From positions 6,306 through 70,305 of the forward strand of contig CAMOXU010000001.1 in assembly GCA_946629525.1 (NCBI GenBank): a stretch of DNA of 64,000 nucleotides, written 5' to 3'. A program made the position numbers and the translations under genes. The notes beneath the pieces were generated by a model, which was not told the DNA's origin, searched no databases, and worked only from the letters and a program-made list of their open reading frames with translations. Source of the stretch: an uncultured Clostridia bacterium. Lineage in GTDB: Bacteria > Bacillota > Clostridia > Lachnospirales > Lachnospiraceae. Numbering within the stretch: the stretch's first letter is position 1; each line of letters starts with the position of its first letter. Below are positions 29,950-39,118 of this stretch, in pieces.

Positions 29950-31317
29950 TCAGAACGGCATTCTGAATCCGCCGCGCTTTCCGAAGAGTCCGCCCATGCG
30001 GCCGGGCTTTCCGCCGCCCATCATTCCGGGCATCTGCTTCATCATTTTCCTCGTCTGTTCGAACTGCTTGACAAGACGGTTGACTTCATTGATATCCGTA
30101 CCGCTTCCCTTTGCGATCCTTCTCTTTCTTGAGAGATTCAGGATCTCCGGATTCGAGCGTTCCTCCGGTGTCATCGAGAAAATGATCGACTCCGTTCTGT
30201 GAAGAGCCTTTTCATCGACCATGCCGGAGATATCCTTCATCTTTGTGCTCATCCCCGGAAGCATGGAAAGAATGCTCTCAATGCCGCCCATCTGGCGCAT
30301 CTGGTTCAGACTGTCGAGATAATCGTCAAATCCAAACTGGGCCTTGCGGAGCTTCTCATTCATCTCCGCAGCCTTCTTCTCGTCGATTCCCTCCTGCGCT
30401 TTCTCAATGAGGCTCAGGACGTCGCCCATTCCGAGAATGCGGCCCGCCATGCGGTCCGGGTAGAACTGTTCCAGATCAGACAGCTTCTCGCCCATACCGA
30501 CATAATAGATCGGCCTGCCTGTGACGGCCCTGATCGAGAGTGCCGCACCGCCTCTCGTATCACCGTCGCACTTCGTAAGGATCACGCCGTCGATCCCGAC
30601 TTTGTCGGCAAAGGTCTTCGCAACGTTGACCGCTTCCTGTCCGGTCATCGCATCGACGACCAGGATCGTGGCATCCACATTGACGGCTTCCTTGATATTG
30701 CAAAGCTCCTGCATCATGCTCTCGTCGATCTGCAGACGACCTGCCGTATCGATCAGGACCATATTGTTGCCGTTCTCCTGCGCATGCGCAATTCCTGCCT
30801 TCACAATATCGACAGGATTCTTCCGGTCACCCATCGAAAAGACCGGAACGCCGACCTTCTCGCCGTTCACCTGCAGCTGTTTGATCGCTGCCGGCCGGTA
30901 TACGTCACCCGCGATGAGCAGAGGACGCTTGCCGCTCTTTTTGAACTTTCCTGCGAGCTTTGCCGCCGTTGTCGTCTTACCTGCGCCCTGCAGACCGGCC
31001 ATCATGAGAACTGTCATGCCGTTCTGCCTGACGGGGATCTCCTTCATATCAGAGCCCATGAGCTCGATCATCTTCTCGTTGACGATCTTGATGACCATCT
31101 GTCCGGGGTTCAGACCGCTCATGACGTTCTCGCCGATTGCCTGCTCCTCGACGTCCTTCGTGAACTTTTTCACGACTTTGAAATTGACGTCCGCCTCGAG
31201 GAGAGCCATCTTGACTTCCTTCATGGCTTCATGGACATCCTTCTCCGTCAGAGTTCCCTTGGCGCGGAGCATCTTGAATACATTCTGCAGTTTTTCTGTA
31301 AGGCTCTCAAATGCCAT
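29950..31317 (-). CDS. ffh: Signal recognition particle protein Ffh
   Basis: ALLEADV, GLQGAGKTT, DTAGR, TKCDGDTRGGAALS, Met-rich M domain. Confidence 0.98.
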   Translation of the reverse strand: MAFESLTEKLQNVFKMLRAKGTLTEKDVHEAMKEVKMALLEADVNFKVVKKFTKDVEEQAIGENVMSGLNPGQMVIKIVNEKMIELMGSDMKEIPVRQNGMTVLMMAGLQGAGKTTTAAKLAGKFKKSGKRPLLIAGDVYRPAAIKQLQVNGEKVGVPVFSMGDRKNPVDIVKAGIAHAQENGNNMVLIDTAGRLQIDESMMQELCNIKEAVNVDATILVVDAMTGQEAVNVAKTFADKVGIDGVILTKCDGDTRGGAALSIRAVTGRPIYYVGMGEKLSDLEQFYPDRMAGRILGMGDVLSLIEKAQEGIDEKKAAEMNEKLRKAQFGFDDYLDSLNQMRQMGGIESILSMLPGMSTKMKDISGMVDEKALHRTESIIFSMTPEERSNPEILNLSRKRRIAKGSGTDINEVNRLVKQFEQTRKMMKQMPGMMGGGKPGRMGGLFGKRGGFRMPF

Positions 31318-31320
31318 ATA

Positions 31321-31635
31321 TCAGAATTCCTCCAGTATTTCCTCAGCAAGCTTCCGGATCTTCTTATCCTCCGTCAGCTCCCTGATCTCGTTGACTTTAT
31401 CCTTCAGAGAAAGGAACTTCCGCACAAGACCGAGCTTCTCCTCATACTTGTCCAGTGCTTTTTCCGTCCGGCGCACCATGTCGTGCACGCCCTGCCGGCT
31501 GATGCCCAGTTCCTCTGCGACCTCGCCGAGCGAGAGATCGTCGAATACGACCTCCTCATATACTCTTCTCTGATGCTCTGTAAGCAGTTCTCCGTAAAAA
31601 TCATAGAGGAGAGACTGCGTGTATATTTTTTCCAT
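31321..31635 (-). CDS. ylxM: YlxM family DNA-binding/SRP-associated protein
   Basis: LLYDFYGELLT..Q, DLSLGEVAE..GISRQGVHD, YEEKL; directly upstream of ffh. Confidence 0.94.
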   Translation of the reverse strand: MEKIYTQSLLYDFYGELLTEHQRRVYEEVVFDDLSLGEVAEELGISRQGVHDMVRRTEKALDKYEEKLGLVRKFLSLKDKVNEIRELTEDKKIRKLAEEILEEF

Positions 31636-31642
31636 GAGTGCT

Positions 31643-31688
31643 ACTATACGGCAAAACAAAAACAGTGTCAAGCATTTTTTCTTTACAC
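31643..31688 (-). promoter_or_regulatory. Sigma-A promoter of ylxM-ffh with overlapping inverted repeat
   Basis: TTGACA(31671-31666)-17-TATAGT(31648-31643); GTGTCAAG-N8-CTTTACAC inverted repeat at 31665-31688. Confidence 0.7.
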
Positions 31689-31797
31689 TTAAAAAATCCG
31701 GAAGGCGGGGCCTCTGCAGGTCATCTGCAGGGCTTCCCGCTTCCGGATTCCTGAATCTTACGGAATACATTTTTTCCGCATCGGGGCGTTTTCTGGG

Positions 31798-31861
31798 AAT
31801 TCAGGAACGTCTCGGCGTTCTTGCCGCGCCGCGCAGGGTGCGAAGCACTTTCCAATTCCGG
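31798..31861 (+). repeat. Dispersed two-hairpin repeat family B, copy 2
   Basis: aattcaggaacgtctcggcgttcttgccgcgccgcgcagggtgcgaagcactttccaattccgg. Confidence 0.8.
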
Positions 31862-31895
31862 TCACTGCCCGGGCTTTGCAGAGAGGAAGTCCAGT

Positions 31896-33155
31896 TCACT
31901 CTCTTCTCAGCGCCTCGATCGGATCAAGCTTGGCTGCCTGCACGGCCGGCATTGCCCCGAAGACGATCCCGACTGCCATGGAGAAGAAGAAGCCGATGAG
32001 GATCGCCCAGATCGGGAAGACCACATCCATATCGGAGATGTAGGCAAGAACAGAGGCGAACCCTATGCCGGCAAGGATCCCGAGTACACCTCCGAGCGTC
32101 GTCAGGACGACGGATTCCGTAAGGAACTGAAGCAGGATCACCCTTTTCTTTGCTCCGAGAGCCTTCTTCAGACCGATCTCCGGCGTTCTCTCCGTGACGG
32201 AGACGAGCATGATGTTCATGACGCCGATCCCGCCGACGAGCAGCGCGATACTGGCGACCATGACGAGCATGTTCGACATATCCTGCTGCTGTTCCTGCTG
32301 CCTGCGGATGCTCTCGGAGAAATCCTCAGCCTCATAGTAGACCCTCTCCGACCTGACTCCGGTCTGCAGCGCTCTCTGCGCTTTGACCCCGGCAGACTGC
32401 ATTTTGTCAGACTCCTTCGCCCGCACCGCACAGGTCTCAGGGAGGTCAAACCCGAACGGGAAGGCAAACGTCGATTTCGGCATATAGAGCTCCGGACCGT
32501 CCTGGTTCATATAATTGACATAGTCCGAATAGGTGGATATCTTCGGCTTGAAGGCATCTGCGCGCTCACAGACGCCGACGACCGTATAGATATCGCCCTT
32601 GATCTCGATCTGCTCACCAATCGCCTTTCCCCGTCCGAAAAGGTTCTCCCTCGCGACCCGATTGATGATCAGGACCTTCTTGATCCGCGAAAAATCCGTG
32701 CTCTGGAAATCACGCCCCTCGGTCACAACGCTGCCCAGCGTTCGAAAGTAGTTCTCATCAATGCCCAGAAGATCGCAGGGAATATCTTTGTCGTTATACC
32801 GCACCACCTTCTGATCATACTCGGAAACATTATATTTAAGAAAATACGTAGCGTATTTTACTTCGGATATGTTATTGATGCGCTCTTTGATCTCATCGCT
32901 CACGGGATACAGGCCATCCGGTTCCTCGTACCCCGCCGTCACGTTGTACTCCGAGCCTGAGCTCTTCAAATCGATAAATACTACATTATTGCCTCTGCCG
33001 CGGAGATTTTCTGCCAGACGCTGATTCGTCCCCTCGATCAGCGATACGATCGTCATGATCGACGCGATCCCGATGATGACACCCAGCATCGTGAGAAATG
33101 ATCTCAGCTTATGCGACCAGATTCCCTGAAATGCAAGACGTATATTCTCATTCAT
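31896..33155 (-). CDS. MacB/FtsX-type ABC transporter permease
   Basis: KLRSFLTMLGVIIGIASI, GGIGVMNIMLVSVTERTPEIGLKKALGA, DPIEALRRE. Confidence 0.95.
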   Translation of the reverse strand: MNENIRLAFQGIWSHKLRSFLTMLGVIIGIASIMTIVSLIEGTNQRLAENLRGRGNNVVFIDLKSSGSEYNVTAGYEEPDGLYPVSDEIKERINNISEVKYATYFLKYNVSEYDQKVVRYNDKDIPCDLLGIDENYFRTLGSVVTEGRDFQSTDFSRIKKVLIINRVARENLFGRGKAIGEQIEIKGDIYTVVGVCERADAFKPKISTYSDYVNYMNQDGPELYMPKSTFAFPFGFDLPETCAVRAKESDKMQSAGVKAQRALQTGVRSERVYYEAEDFSESIRRQQEQQQDMSNMLVMVASIALLVGGIGVMNIMLVSVTERTPEIGLKKALGAKKRVILLQFLTESVVLTTLGGVLGILAGIGFASVLAYISDMDVVFPIWAILIGFFFSMAVGIVFGAMPAVQAAKLDPIEALRRE

Positions 33156-35406
33156 TGGACACGATATCTCCTTTGATCTTCGCGAAAGTGGTCTTCTGTG
33201 TCTCTGCGCCTTCTTCAATTGCCGGACCGTACGGGAAGGCAATGTAATCGTCCGGAGTGATCCCGGAAGTAACTACATAGGATCCGAGCGCATTCAGGGA
33301 TGTCCGCATATAGCTGGAGAGGACTTTATGCGTGCTTACGGTCACTTCCGTCTTTTCAAGGAGGCCGTCTTCCCCGCGCTTATAGACAAAGTACTGCGAC
33401 CCTTCCTGGAATATGAATGCGTCATTGACATCGATCCCGGCCTCCTCGGCTGTATCAGGCAGAGTAAAGGCGTAAACGCAGTTCAGGACCGCACTCTGCA
33501 TTTCCTGAGGGATCGGAGACTCCAGCTTTAACGTAACGGCATACGTCGCCTGCTCCGTACTGTCGTAGGCGATCCTCTGCATAGCGGCACTGATGGGATT
33601 TTCAGCAACTTCGATGACTGTGCCGGAAATACCGTCTGCATAGGTAAATTCGAGAATGCTCATATACTGGAGATCATTTTCCGGAACGCCCATATAGACG
33701 ATATTGGAACCGGAGGACGCGATCGTAACGATCGGCTTCTCACTCTTCCCCGTTCCGCTTTCGGAGTCGGTCCGGACAGCGGAGAGGGCTGTTTTATCGA
33801 CGGTTTTCACGGTTCCGTTAAAGTTCGCCTTCCTTGTGCCGTTCTCCAGGTCGCTCGAAGCCTGCTTGATCTGCAGATTGATCTCGGTGAGATCGATCTG
33901 CTTTTCCCTGAGCGTCTTTTCTTCACAGGCAAGAGCCTCAGCAAGAGATTCCGCCGTAAAGCTCTCTCCCGGGTCGATCAGATGGATGTTGGAAGTGACA
34001 TTCCCGTTCGAAGCGCTCGCATTCTGTCCGTCTGTGGTCGTCACCGTCCCCGTCGTTGCAAGAAGAAGCAGGCCGGTCGATCGATCGGGCAGCCTGTCTG
34101 TATGAACACCGGCGATTCCTTCCGGTGTCCCGGAAGAAGTGCTCTCTGCATTCCCGCCTTCTTCCGGTGCTCCTGTCGGCTCGGGAATCTCTGTCGGGTC
34201 CGGAGCTTCTGTCGGGTCCGGAGACTCCGAAGGCTGCGGCTCTCCCGTCGGCACCGGTATCTCTGTCGGTTCCGGAGTGACGGCTCCCTCATTTCTTATC
34301 TGTTCGACCTTCTGCCCTGCGAGAAGAAGATCTTCCCTGGCTTTCTCCATCGACTCTTTTGCTCTCTGCAGAGCTTCCGCCTGGGAAATGCTCCCGCTTT
34401 TAGCGTCCGTCACTGCCGCGGCCGCTGTCTCGGATGCCGCGAGTGCATCCGCCTGAAGAGTCTCCGCCTCGGAGAGTAATGTCTTCGCCTCTTCCGAGAC
34501 CGCTTTCTCCCGCACAGCATCGATCTGGTGCAGAGCATCCTCAGCATAAATCGCAGCAAGAGCCGCATAGGCGTCTGCGAGATCCAATGCATTCTCGGCA
34601 TTCAGCTTTCCGGTATTCAGCACTGCGACCCAGCCTTCCTCCACCTCCCGCAGATTTGCCGCATTGAGCATCCATTCCTGCTTGAGATTTCCTTCCGGCT
34701 CATCCCCTTCACGGATCTCAAGGGAGACATACATATCGGAACCGCCGGCCGCCTCTCTCATGGAATCGATGAATCCCTTCGTGACCGCAGCACCTTCCCG
34801 GCAGAGGAATCTGTATGGATTCGTGATGCTGCCGATCGGATCCTCCTCCGAGTCGAATGCGAGGTTAAAAGCTTTGGAGGATGCATCGAGAACACTGTAG
34901 ACCGTCGTGTCATACTTCTGCTCTTCCTCCTCCGGGATTTCTTCTTCGCCCCACTCTCCTTCGCCCGATTCGCCTTCTCCGTCAGACATCGGAGTAATGC
35001 GCCTTAAGACCTCGATATTGTGGGAGGCAGCGTCGATCTCCAGCTCGATCTTCTCCTTTTTCAGCTGATATTCCTTATAAACATACTCCAGCTCTGTCCT
35101 GTCAAAGACGACGAGAGGCTGTCCTTCCTTTACCTCCTCACCCTCCTCGACGAGGATCTCCCGCACGGTAACACCGGGTACGCGGTTCACTTTCTGTGTC
35201 GTGCCTTCCGCAGATATTCCCTTTGTCTCGCGGAACATGAAGGAGTCATCTCCCATGCTTGTGGAGAGCTCGGAGACCTGCACGACTTTCGCCGGTCCGA
35301 TCGATCCTGCGCGCAGCCACTCCACGATGAAGAATGCCGCGATCACACAGGCAGCGATGACTCCGGCTATGAACAATTTATTATGTCGGAGGCCTTTCTC
35401 TTTCAT
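33148..35406 (-). CDS. Large membrane-fusion/adaptor-like protein (HlyD/MacA-like) with inserted domain and EPT-rich linker
   Basis: N-terminal TM, lipoyl half-motif VREILVEEGEEVKEGQPL, coiled coils, ANFNGTVK, C-terminal GLLEKTEV...SGITPDDYIAFPYG. Confidence 0.75.
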   Translation of the reverse strand: MKEKGLRHNKLFIAGVIAACVIAAFFIVEWLRAGSIGPAKVVQVSELSTSMGDDSFMFRETKGISAEGTTQKVNRVPGVTVREILVEEGEEVKEGQPLVVFDRTELEYVYKEYQLKKEKIELEIDAASHNIEVLRRITPMSDGEGESGEGEWGEEEIPEEEEQKYDTTVYSVLDASSKAFNLAFDSEEDPIGSITNPYRFLCREGAAVTKGFIDSMREAAGGSDMYVSLEIREGDEPEGNLKQEWMLNAANLREVEEGWVAVLNTGKLNAENALDLADAYAALAAIYAEDALHQIDAVREKAVSEEAKTLLSEAETLQADALAASETAAAAVTDAKSGSISQAEALQRAKESMEKAREDLLLAGQKVEQIRNEGAVTPEPTEIPVPTGEPQPSESPDPTEAPDPTEIPEPTGAPEEGGNAESTSSGTPEGIAGVHTDRLPDRSTGLLLLATTGTVTTTDGQNASASNGNVTSNIHLIDPGESFTAESLAEALACEEKTLREKQIDLTEINLQIKQASSDLENGTRKANFNGTVKTVDKTALSAVRTDSESGTGKSEKPIVTIASSGSNIVYMGVPENDLQYMSILEFTYADGISGTVIEVAENPISAAMQRIAYDSTEQATYAVTLKLESPIPQEMQSAVLNCVYAFTLPDTAEEAGIDVNDAFIFQEGSQYFVYKRGEDGLLEKTEVTVSTHKVLSSYMRTSLNALGSYVVTSGITPDDYIAFPYGPAIEEGAETQKTTFAKIKGDIVSNE

Positions 35407-36134
35407 ACCTGCTTCACCCCATTTTCCCGTTCTTTCCTCCTGGCAATGATCATAGGGTCCATCTCCGCGTTCAGATTCAGAACGCCGTCTCTGATGACTG
35501 CGATCCTCGCCGCATGAGCGGCGATATCGATATCATGCGTGATCATAAGGATCGACATGCCCTCCTCATTGAGGGAGTGGAAAAGCTCCATGACCTGTCT
35601 TCCGGACGTTGAATCCAGCGCACCGGTCGGTTCGTCGGCAAGAATAAGCTTCGGCCGGTTCACGATCGCTCTCGCTATGGCAACGCGCTGCTTCTGTCCT
35701 CCGGACAGCTGTGAGGGCTCATGGTTCACGCGGTCCTCCAGTCCTACTTTCTTCAATGCTTCATAGGCCCGCTCCCTGCGTTCATCCTTGGGCACTTTCG
35801 CGTAGGTGAGCGGCAGTTCGACATTCTGCAATGCAGTCTGCCTTGCCAGGAGCTGATAGTTCTGGAAGACGAAGCCCAGCTTATACAGTCGAAGATCCGA
35901 GAGCTCATCGTCCGTACACTTCCCAACATCCACGCCGTCAAGGAAAAGCTCGCCGCTGGTCGGTGTGTCGAGGCACCCGAGCATATTCATGAGAGTCGAT
36001 TTTCCGGATCCTGACGGTCCCATGATCGCGACGTATTCGCCCTCCTCCATCTGAAAATTCACATTCTTTACGATCTCCACGAACGAATCGCCTATAGGAA
36101 AGCTCCGGCATATATTTCTGCAGTCGATGATCAT
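35403..36134 (-). CDS. ABC transporter ATP-binding subunit (MacB/LolD-like)
   Basis: GPSGSGKST, LSGGQKQRVAIARA, ADEPTGALD, ITHD. Confidence 0.96.
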   Translation of the reverse strand: MIIDCRNICRSFPIGDSFVEIVKNVNFQMEEGEYVAIMGPSGSGKSTLMNMLGCLDTPTSGELFLDGVDVGKCTDDELSDLRLYKLGFVFQNYQLLARQTALQNVELPLTYAKVPKDERRERAYEALKKVGLEDRVNHEPSQLSGGQKQRVAIARAIVNRPKLILADEPTGALDSTSGRQVMELFHSLNEEGMSILMITHDIDIAAHAARIAVIRDGVLNLNAEMDPMIIARRKERENGVKQV

Positions 36135-36148
36135 AACTGTCTCCTCCT

Positions 36149-37408
36149 TCAGGCCGCCGCAGCGCTGCTCTCGCCGTCCGCCGGCTCCTCTGCCGCCGCA
36201 TCCGTCTCCGTCTCTTCGGGCATGGAATCATTAAGAGGAGGCTCACCTATGCGGCAGGTCATTCCCTCAGTCAGATTCTCGGCAGGCATCGTGATCGCGT
36301 CTGTGAGCCCAAGCCCGGAAAGGATCTCGTACTTTCCTTCCTCATCCTTTCCCCCAAGCTCTACCTTCCGCTTTTCGAGGAGTCCGGCTCCATCATCCGC
36401 CCAGACATAGGGATTTGACTTTTCCGCGTCAACGATATAGCTCGGATCGATGAAAATACGATTGTCCTCGTTCGGATCCGTCTTTCCCGTGACCTTAACG
36501 TGCTGCCCGCTGACCATCCCGTCTGTAGACGCAAGCGTTACATACGCAAGATTCTTCTGCTGGGATTCTGCGGACTCTTTATTTTCCTCTGTCTCTGTCG
36601 GGGCTACCTTCTTGACGACGCCTTCCCACACCTTGCTCTCATCCGTCCTGCTCTGCACCGTAACTTCCATACCGTCCTCGATCGAGTTGTAGTCCAGCTC
36701 GCTGAGGCTCAGCTTGACCTGAAGGTTCCCGCTCTTCGCGATCGTGATCACTGCACCGCCGGCGGATGTCATCCCGCTTTCGGTCGACGCGCTCTCCTGA
36801 TCCGCTTTCGTCACCTTGGTGACGGTTCCGTCGATCTCGGAAAGAACGGTGGCATTCTCGATCTTCAGGTTCGCTTCCGTCACCGCTTTCTCCGCCTTCT
36901 CGAAACTCAGCTGTGCTTCGGCAAGGCCAAGCTCCGCATCCCGAAGAGCAAGCTCCGCCGAGGCGTAGGAATTCCGGTCCGCTTCATTGAGGGCCTTCTG
37001 CGCGTCATTTCTCACTTTCTGCGCTGTTTCCAGAGCTATTTTTGCCCGGTCCCTGGCGATCTCCTTGGTCGTCAATGAATCCTGCAGGGCATTCACATCA
37101 TACTTGAAGAGAGGCGTCCCGACGGTGACAGTGTCCCCCTCCTTCACATAGTAATCCGATATCCTGCTTCCCTCCTCGTTATTGACCGTCACCTCTCCCT
37201 GCGTCACGACTATGCCGCCGTAAACATTCTGACCGAGAAGAAGCTTGTCCGTGAGCATGGAGACAGACGTCATATAAACAACGGTATCTTCCTCCTGTTT
37301 CTCCTGCTGCAGAGATTTTATGATGAAAAAAAGAGCCGCGCACAGGGCCGCCAGGACCAGCGCGGCAATGATCCATTTTTTGTGACCGGATTTCTTAGAT
37401 GCTGCCAT
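36149..37408 (-). CDS. Efflux membrane-fusion/adaptor subunit (MacA-like)
   Basis: N-terminal TM, YVKEGDTVTVGTPLF, helical hairpin, SEIDGTV, LEKRKVELG...EILSGL. Confidence 0.88.
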   Translation of the reverse strand: MAASKKSGHKKWIIAALVLAALCAALFFIIKSLQQEKQEEDTVVYMTSVSMLTDKLLLGQNVYGGIVVTQGEVTVNNEEGSRISDYYVKEGDTVTVGTPLFKYDVNALQDSLTTKEIARDRAKIALETAQKVRNDAQKALNEADRNSYASAELALRDAELGLAEAQLSFEKAEKAVTEANLKIENATVLSEIDGTVTKVTKADQESASTESGMTSAGGAVITIAKSGNLQVKLSLSELDYNSIEDGMEVTVQSRTDESKVWEGVVKKVAPTETEENKESAESQQKNLAYVTLASTDGMVSGQHVKVTGKTDPNEDNRIFIDPSYIVDAEKSNPYVWADDGAGLLEKRKVELGGKDEEGKYEILSGLGLTDAITMPAENLTEGMTCRIGEPPLNDSMPEETETDAAAEEPADGESSAAAA

Positions 37409-37460
37409 TCGATACTCCCTTTGTAATTTTCTCCTTACATGTAATTGAGAAATCATACAA

Positions 37461-37694
37461 TTGCGAAACTGTGTGCTGCATGAATATTGTATGAACATTC
37501 AAACGGCTTCCGCGCCTTGAACTTCTGATCATTCGTGCAAGCTGCGAAGGAGCATTCACAAAAAGCGTAAACTCGCTTCGCTCAGACAGCACGCTTTTTG
37601 TTCATTTCGCATCTTGCGCTCATGAAGAAGTTCTAAGGCTTGTGCAGATTGTTTGAATTGTTCATACAATTTCATTCCGCACTGAGTTTCGCAA
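37461..37694. mobile_element. 234-bp rod-like imperfect palindrome (MITE/REPIN-like, family C full copy)
   Basis: Terminal arms ttgcgaaactgtgtgctgcatgaatattgtatgaacattcaaac / gtttgaattgttcatacaatttcattccgcactgagtttcgcaa; nested stems gccttgaacttct/agaagttctaaggc and acaaaaagcgt/acgctttttgt; apex aaactcgcttcgctcagacagc. Confidence 0.65.
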
Positions 37695-37782
37695 GAGCAT
37701 GTTCTATCCTTACACAGGCACTTACGAAACACTGTGCTCTATGGAATTATACACAATGTTTCTCAGTCTCCCATACTTAGAA

Positions 37783-38829
37783 TCATGTGCGGTCTGCATA
37801 GAACCGCACGACATCCTCCGCCCTGCTCGTCATATTGAGGAGAAGCGCATCGACCAGCACGATCGCCGTCATGCATTCCACCACTACGGCTGCCCGTGCG
37901 CCGATCACCGGATCATGTCTTCCGCGGATCTCGAGATCGATCTCCTCCCCGGCTCTGTTCACGCTCTTCTGCGGTCTCGCGATGGACGGAGTGGGCTTGA
38001 AGTAGACGGTCATCTCTATGGGTGCTCCGTTCGAGATTCCTCCGAGGATCCCGCCCGCATGATTTGTCCGTGCTGCGACCTTCCCGTCTTTGATGTAAAA
38101 GGAATCGTTGTTTTCGCTTCCCCGCGCGTCGGCAGCTCTGTGGCCGTCCCCGATATCGAGTCCCTTTACCGCACCGATGGAGAACATGGCTTTTGCCAGA
38201 TTGGCGTCGAGCTTCTCAAAGACCGGATCCCCGACCCCCGCCGGCACTCCTGTTACAGTGCACCTCACAACAGAGCCGATCGAGTCCATCTCCTCCCTGC
38301 ACTGCCTGACGAGATCCTCACAGGCATCTGCACGCGCAGCCGGGATATCGCCGACGCGGTCGAGGACCGCCCGGCATTCAATTCCCATCATGGAGAGCAG
38401 CTTCTGAGCAATCGCTCCTGCCGCCACCCGGCCGGCCGTCTCCCTTCCGGAAGACCTTCCACCGCCTCTGTAATCGCGGAATCCGTACTTTGCGTCGAAC
38501 CCGTAGTCGGCGTGCCCGGGCCTGTAGCTCTCCGCGATATTTCCGTAGTCGCGGGAGCGCTCGTCCTTGTTCCTGATCAGCATGGAGATCGGCGTTCCTG
38601 TCGTCTTTCCGTCAAAGACACCGGACAGGATCTCCACCCTGTCCTCCTCATTGCGCTGCGTGGACATCACGCCGCCGTTGGGCCTCCGCCGTTCCATGTA
38701 CGGGATAATATCCTCCTCGGAGAGCGGGATCCCCGCCGGGCATCCGTCCACAACGACGCCGAGCGCTTTTCCATGAGATTCCCCCCATGTAGTGATCCTG
38801 AAAACTGTTCCAAATCCGGATCCGGCCAT
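37783..38829 (-). CDS. aroC: Chorismate synthase
   Basis: TTWGESHG, RPGHAD, RGGGRSSGRETA, GGILGGISNG, KPTPSI, GRHDP. Confidence 0.97.
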   Translation of the reverse strand: MAGSGFGTVFRITTWGESHGKALGVVVDGCPAGIPLSEEDIIPYMERRRPNGGVMSTQRNEEDRVEILSGVFDGKTTGTPISMLIRNKDERSRDYGNIAESYRPGHADYGFDAKYGFRDYRGGGRSSGRETAGRVAAGAIAQKLLSMMGIECRAVLDRVGDIPAARADACEDLVRQCREEMDSIGSVVRCTVTGVPAGVGDPVFEKLDANLAKAMFSIGAVKGLDIGDGHRAADARGSENNDSFYIKDGKVAARTNHAGGILGGISNGAPIEMTVYFKPTPSIARPQKSVNRAGEEIDLEIRGRHDPVIGARAAVVVECMTAIVLVDALLLNMTSRAEDVVRFYADRT

Positions 38830-38869
38830 ATGTTTTCTCCTCTTCCATTCTGGAATTCCAATCTGTTTC

Positions 38870-38903
38870 TTATGAGAGCTGCTGCGCAGCTTCCGATAAG
38901 ATT
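38870..38903. repeat. REP-like palindrome family A, copy 3
   Basis: ttatgagagctgctgcgcagcttccgataagatt; shares an exact cttccgataagatt with 46353-46366. Confidence 0.65.
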
Positions 38904-39040
38904 TCTTCAGGGAAGCAGACGCTCAGGGCCGCTTCTCTGTCTCCGGGTGTGGAATATCCCCACTCAGAAAAGAACCGCAGCATACAGCTGCCAACAAAGG
39001 CTCACACTGCACGCTGCGGCATATATCACTTAATAGATCG

Positions 39041-39082
39041 GCCGATTTATGATTATGAGGTTCGCGAAACGATTCTCATAAT
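39041..39082 (+). repeat. Palindromic repeat family D, copy 2
   Basis: gccgatttatgattatgaggttcgcgaaacgattctcataat. Confidence 0.8.
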
Positions 39083-39118
39083 GGTATCTGACTGATCGTT
39101 CACATCTGCTCCCGATCT

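Noticed and set aside
37461-37694. 6S RNA
   Set aside because: It is an almost continuous palindrome without the central asymmetric bubble, and arm fragments recur elsewhere, which favours a repeat element.
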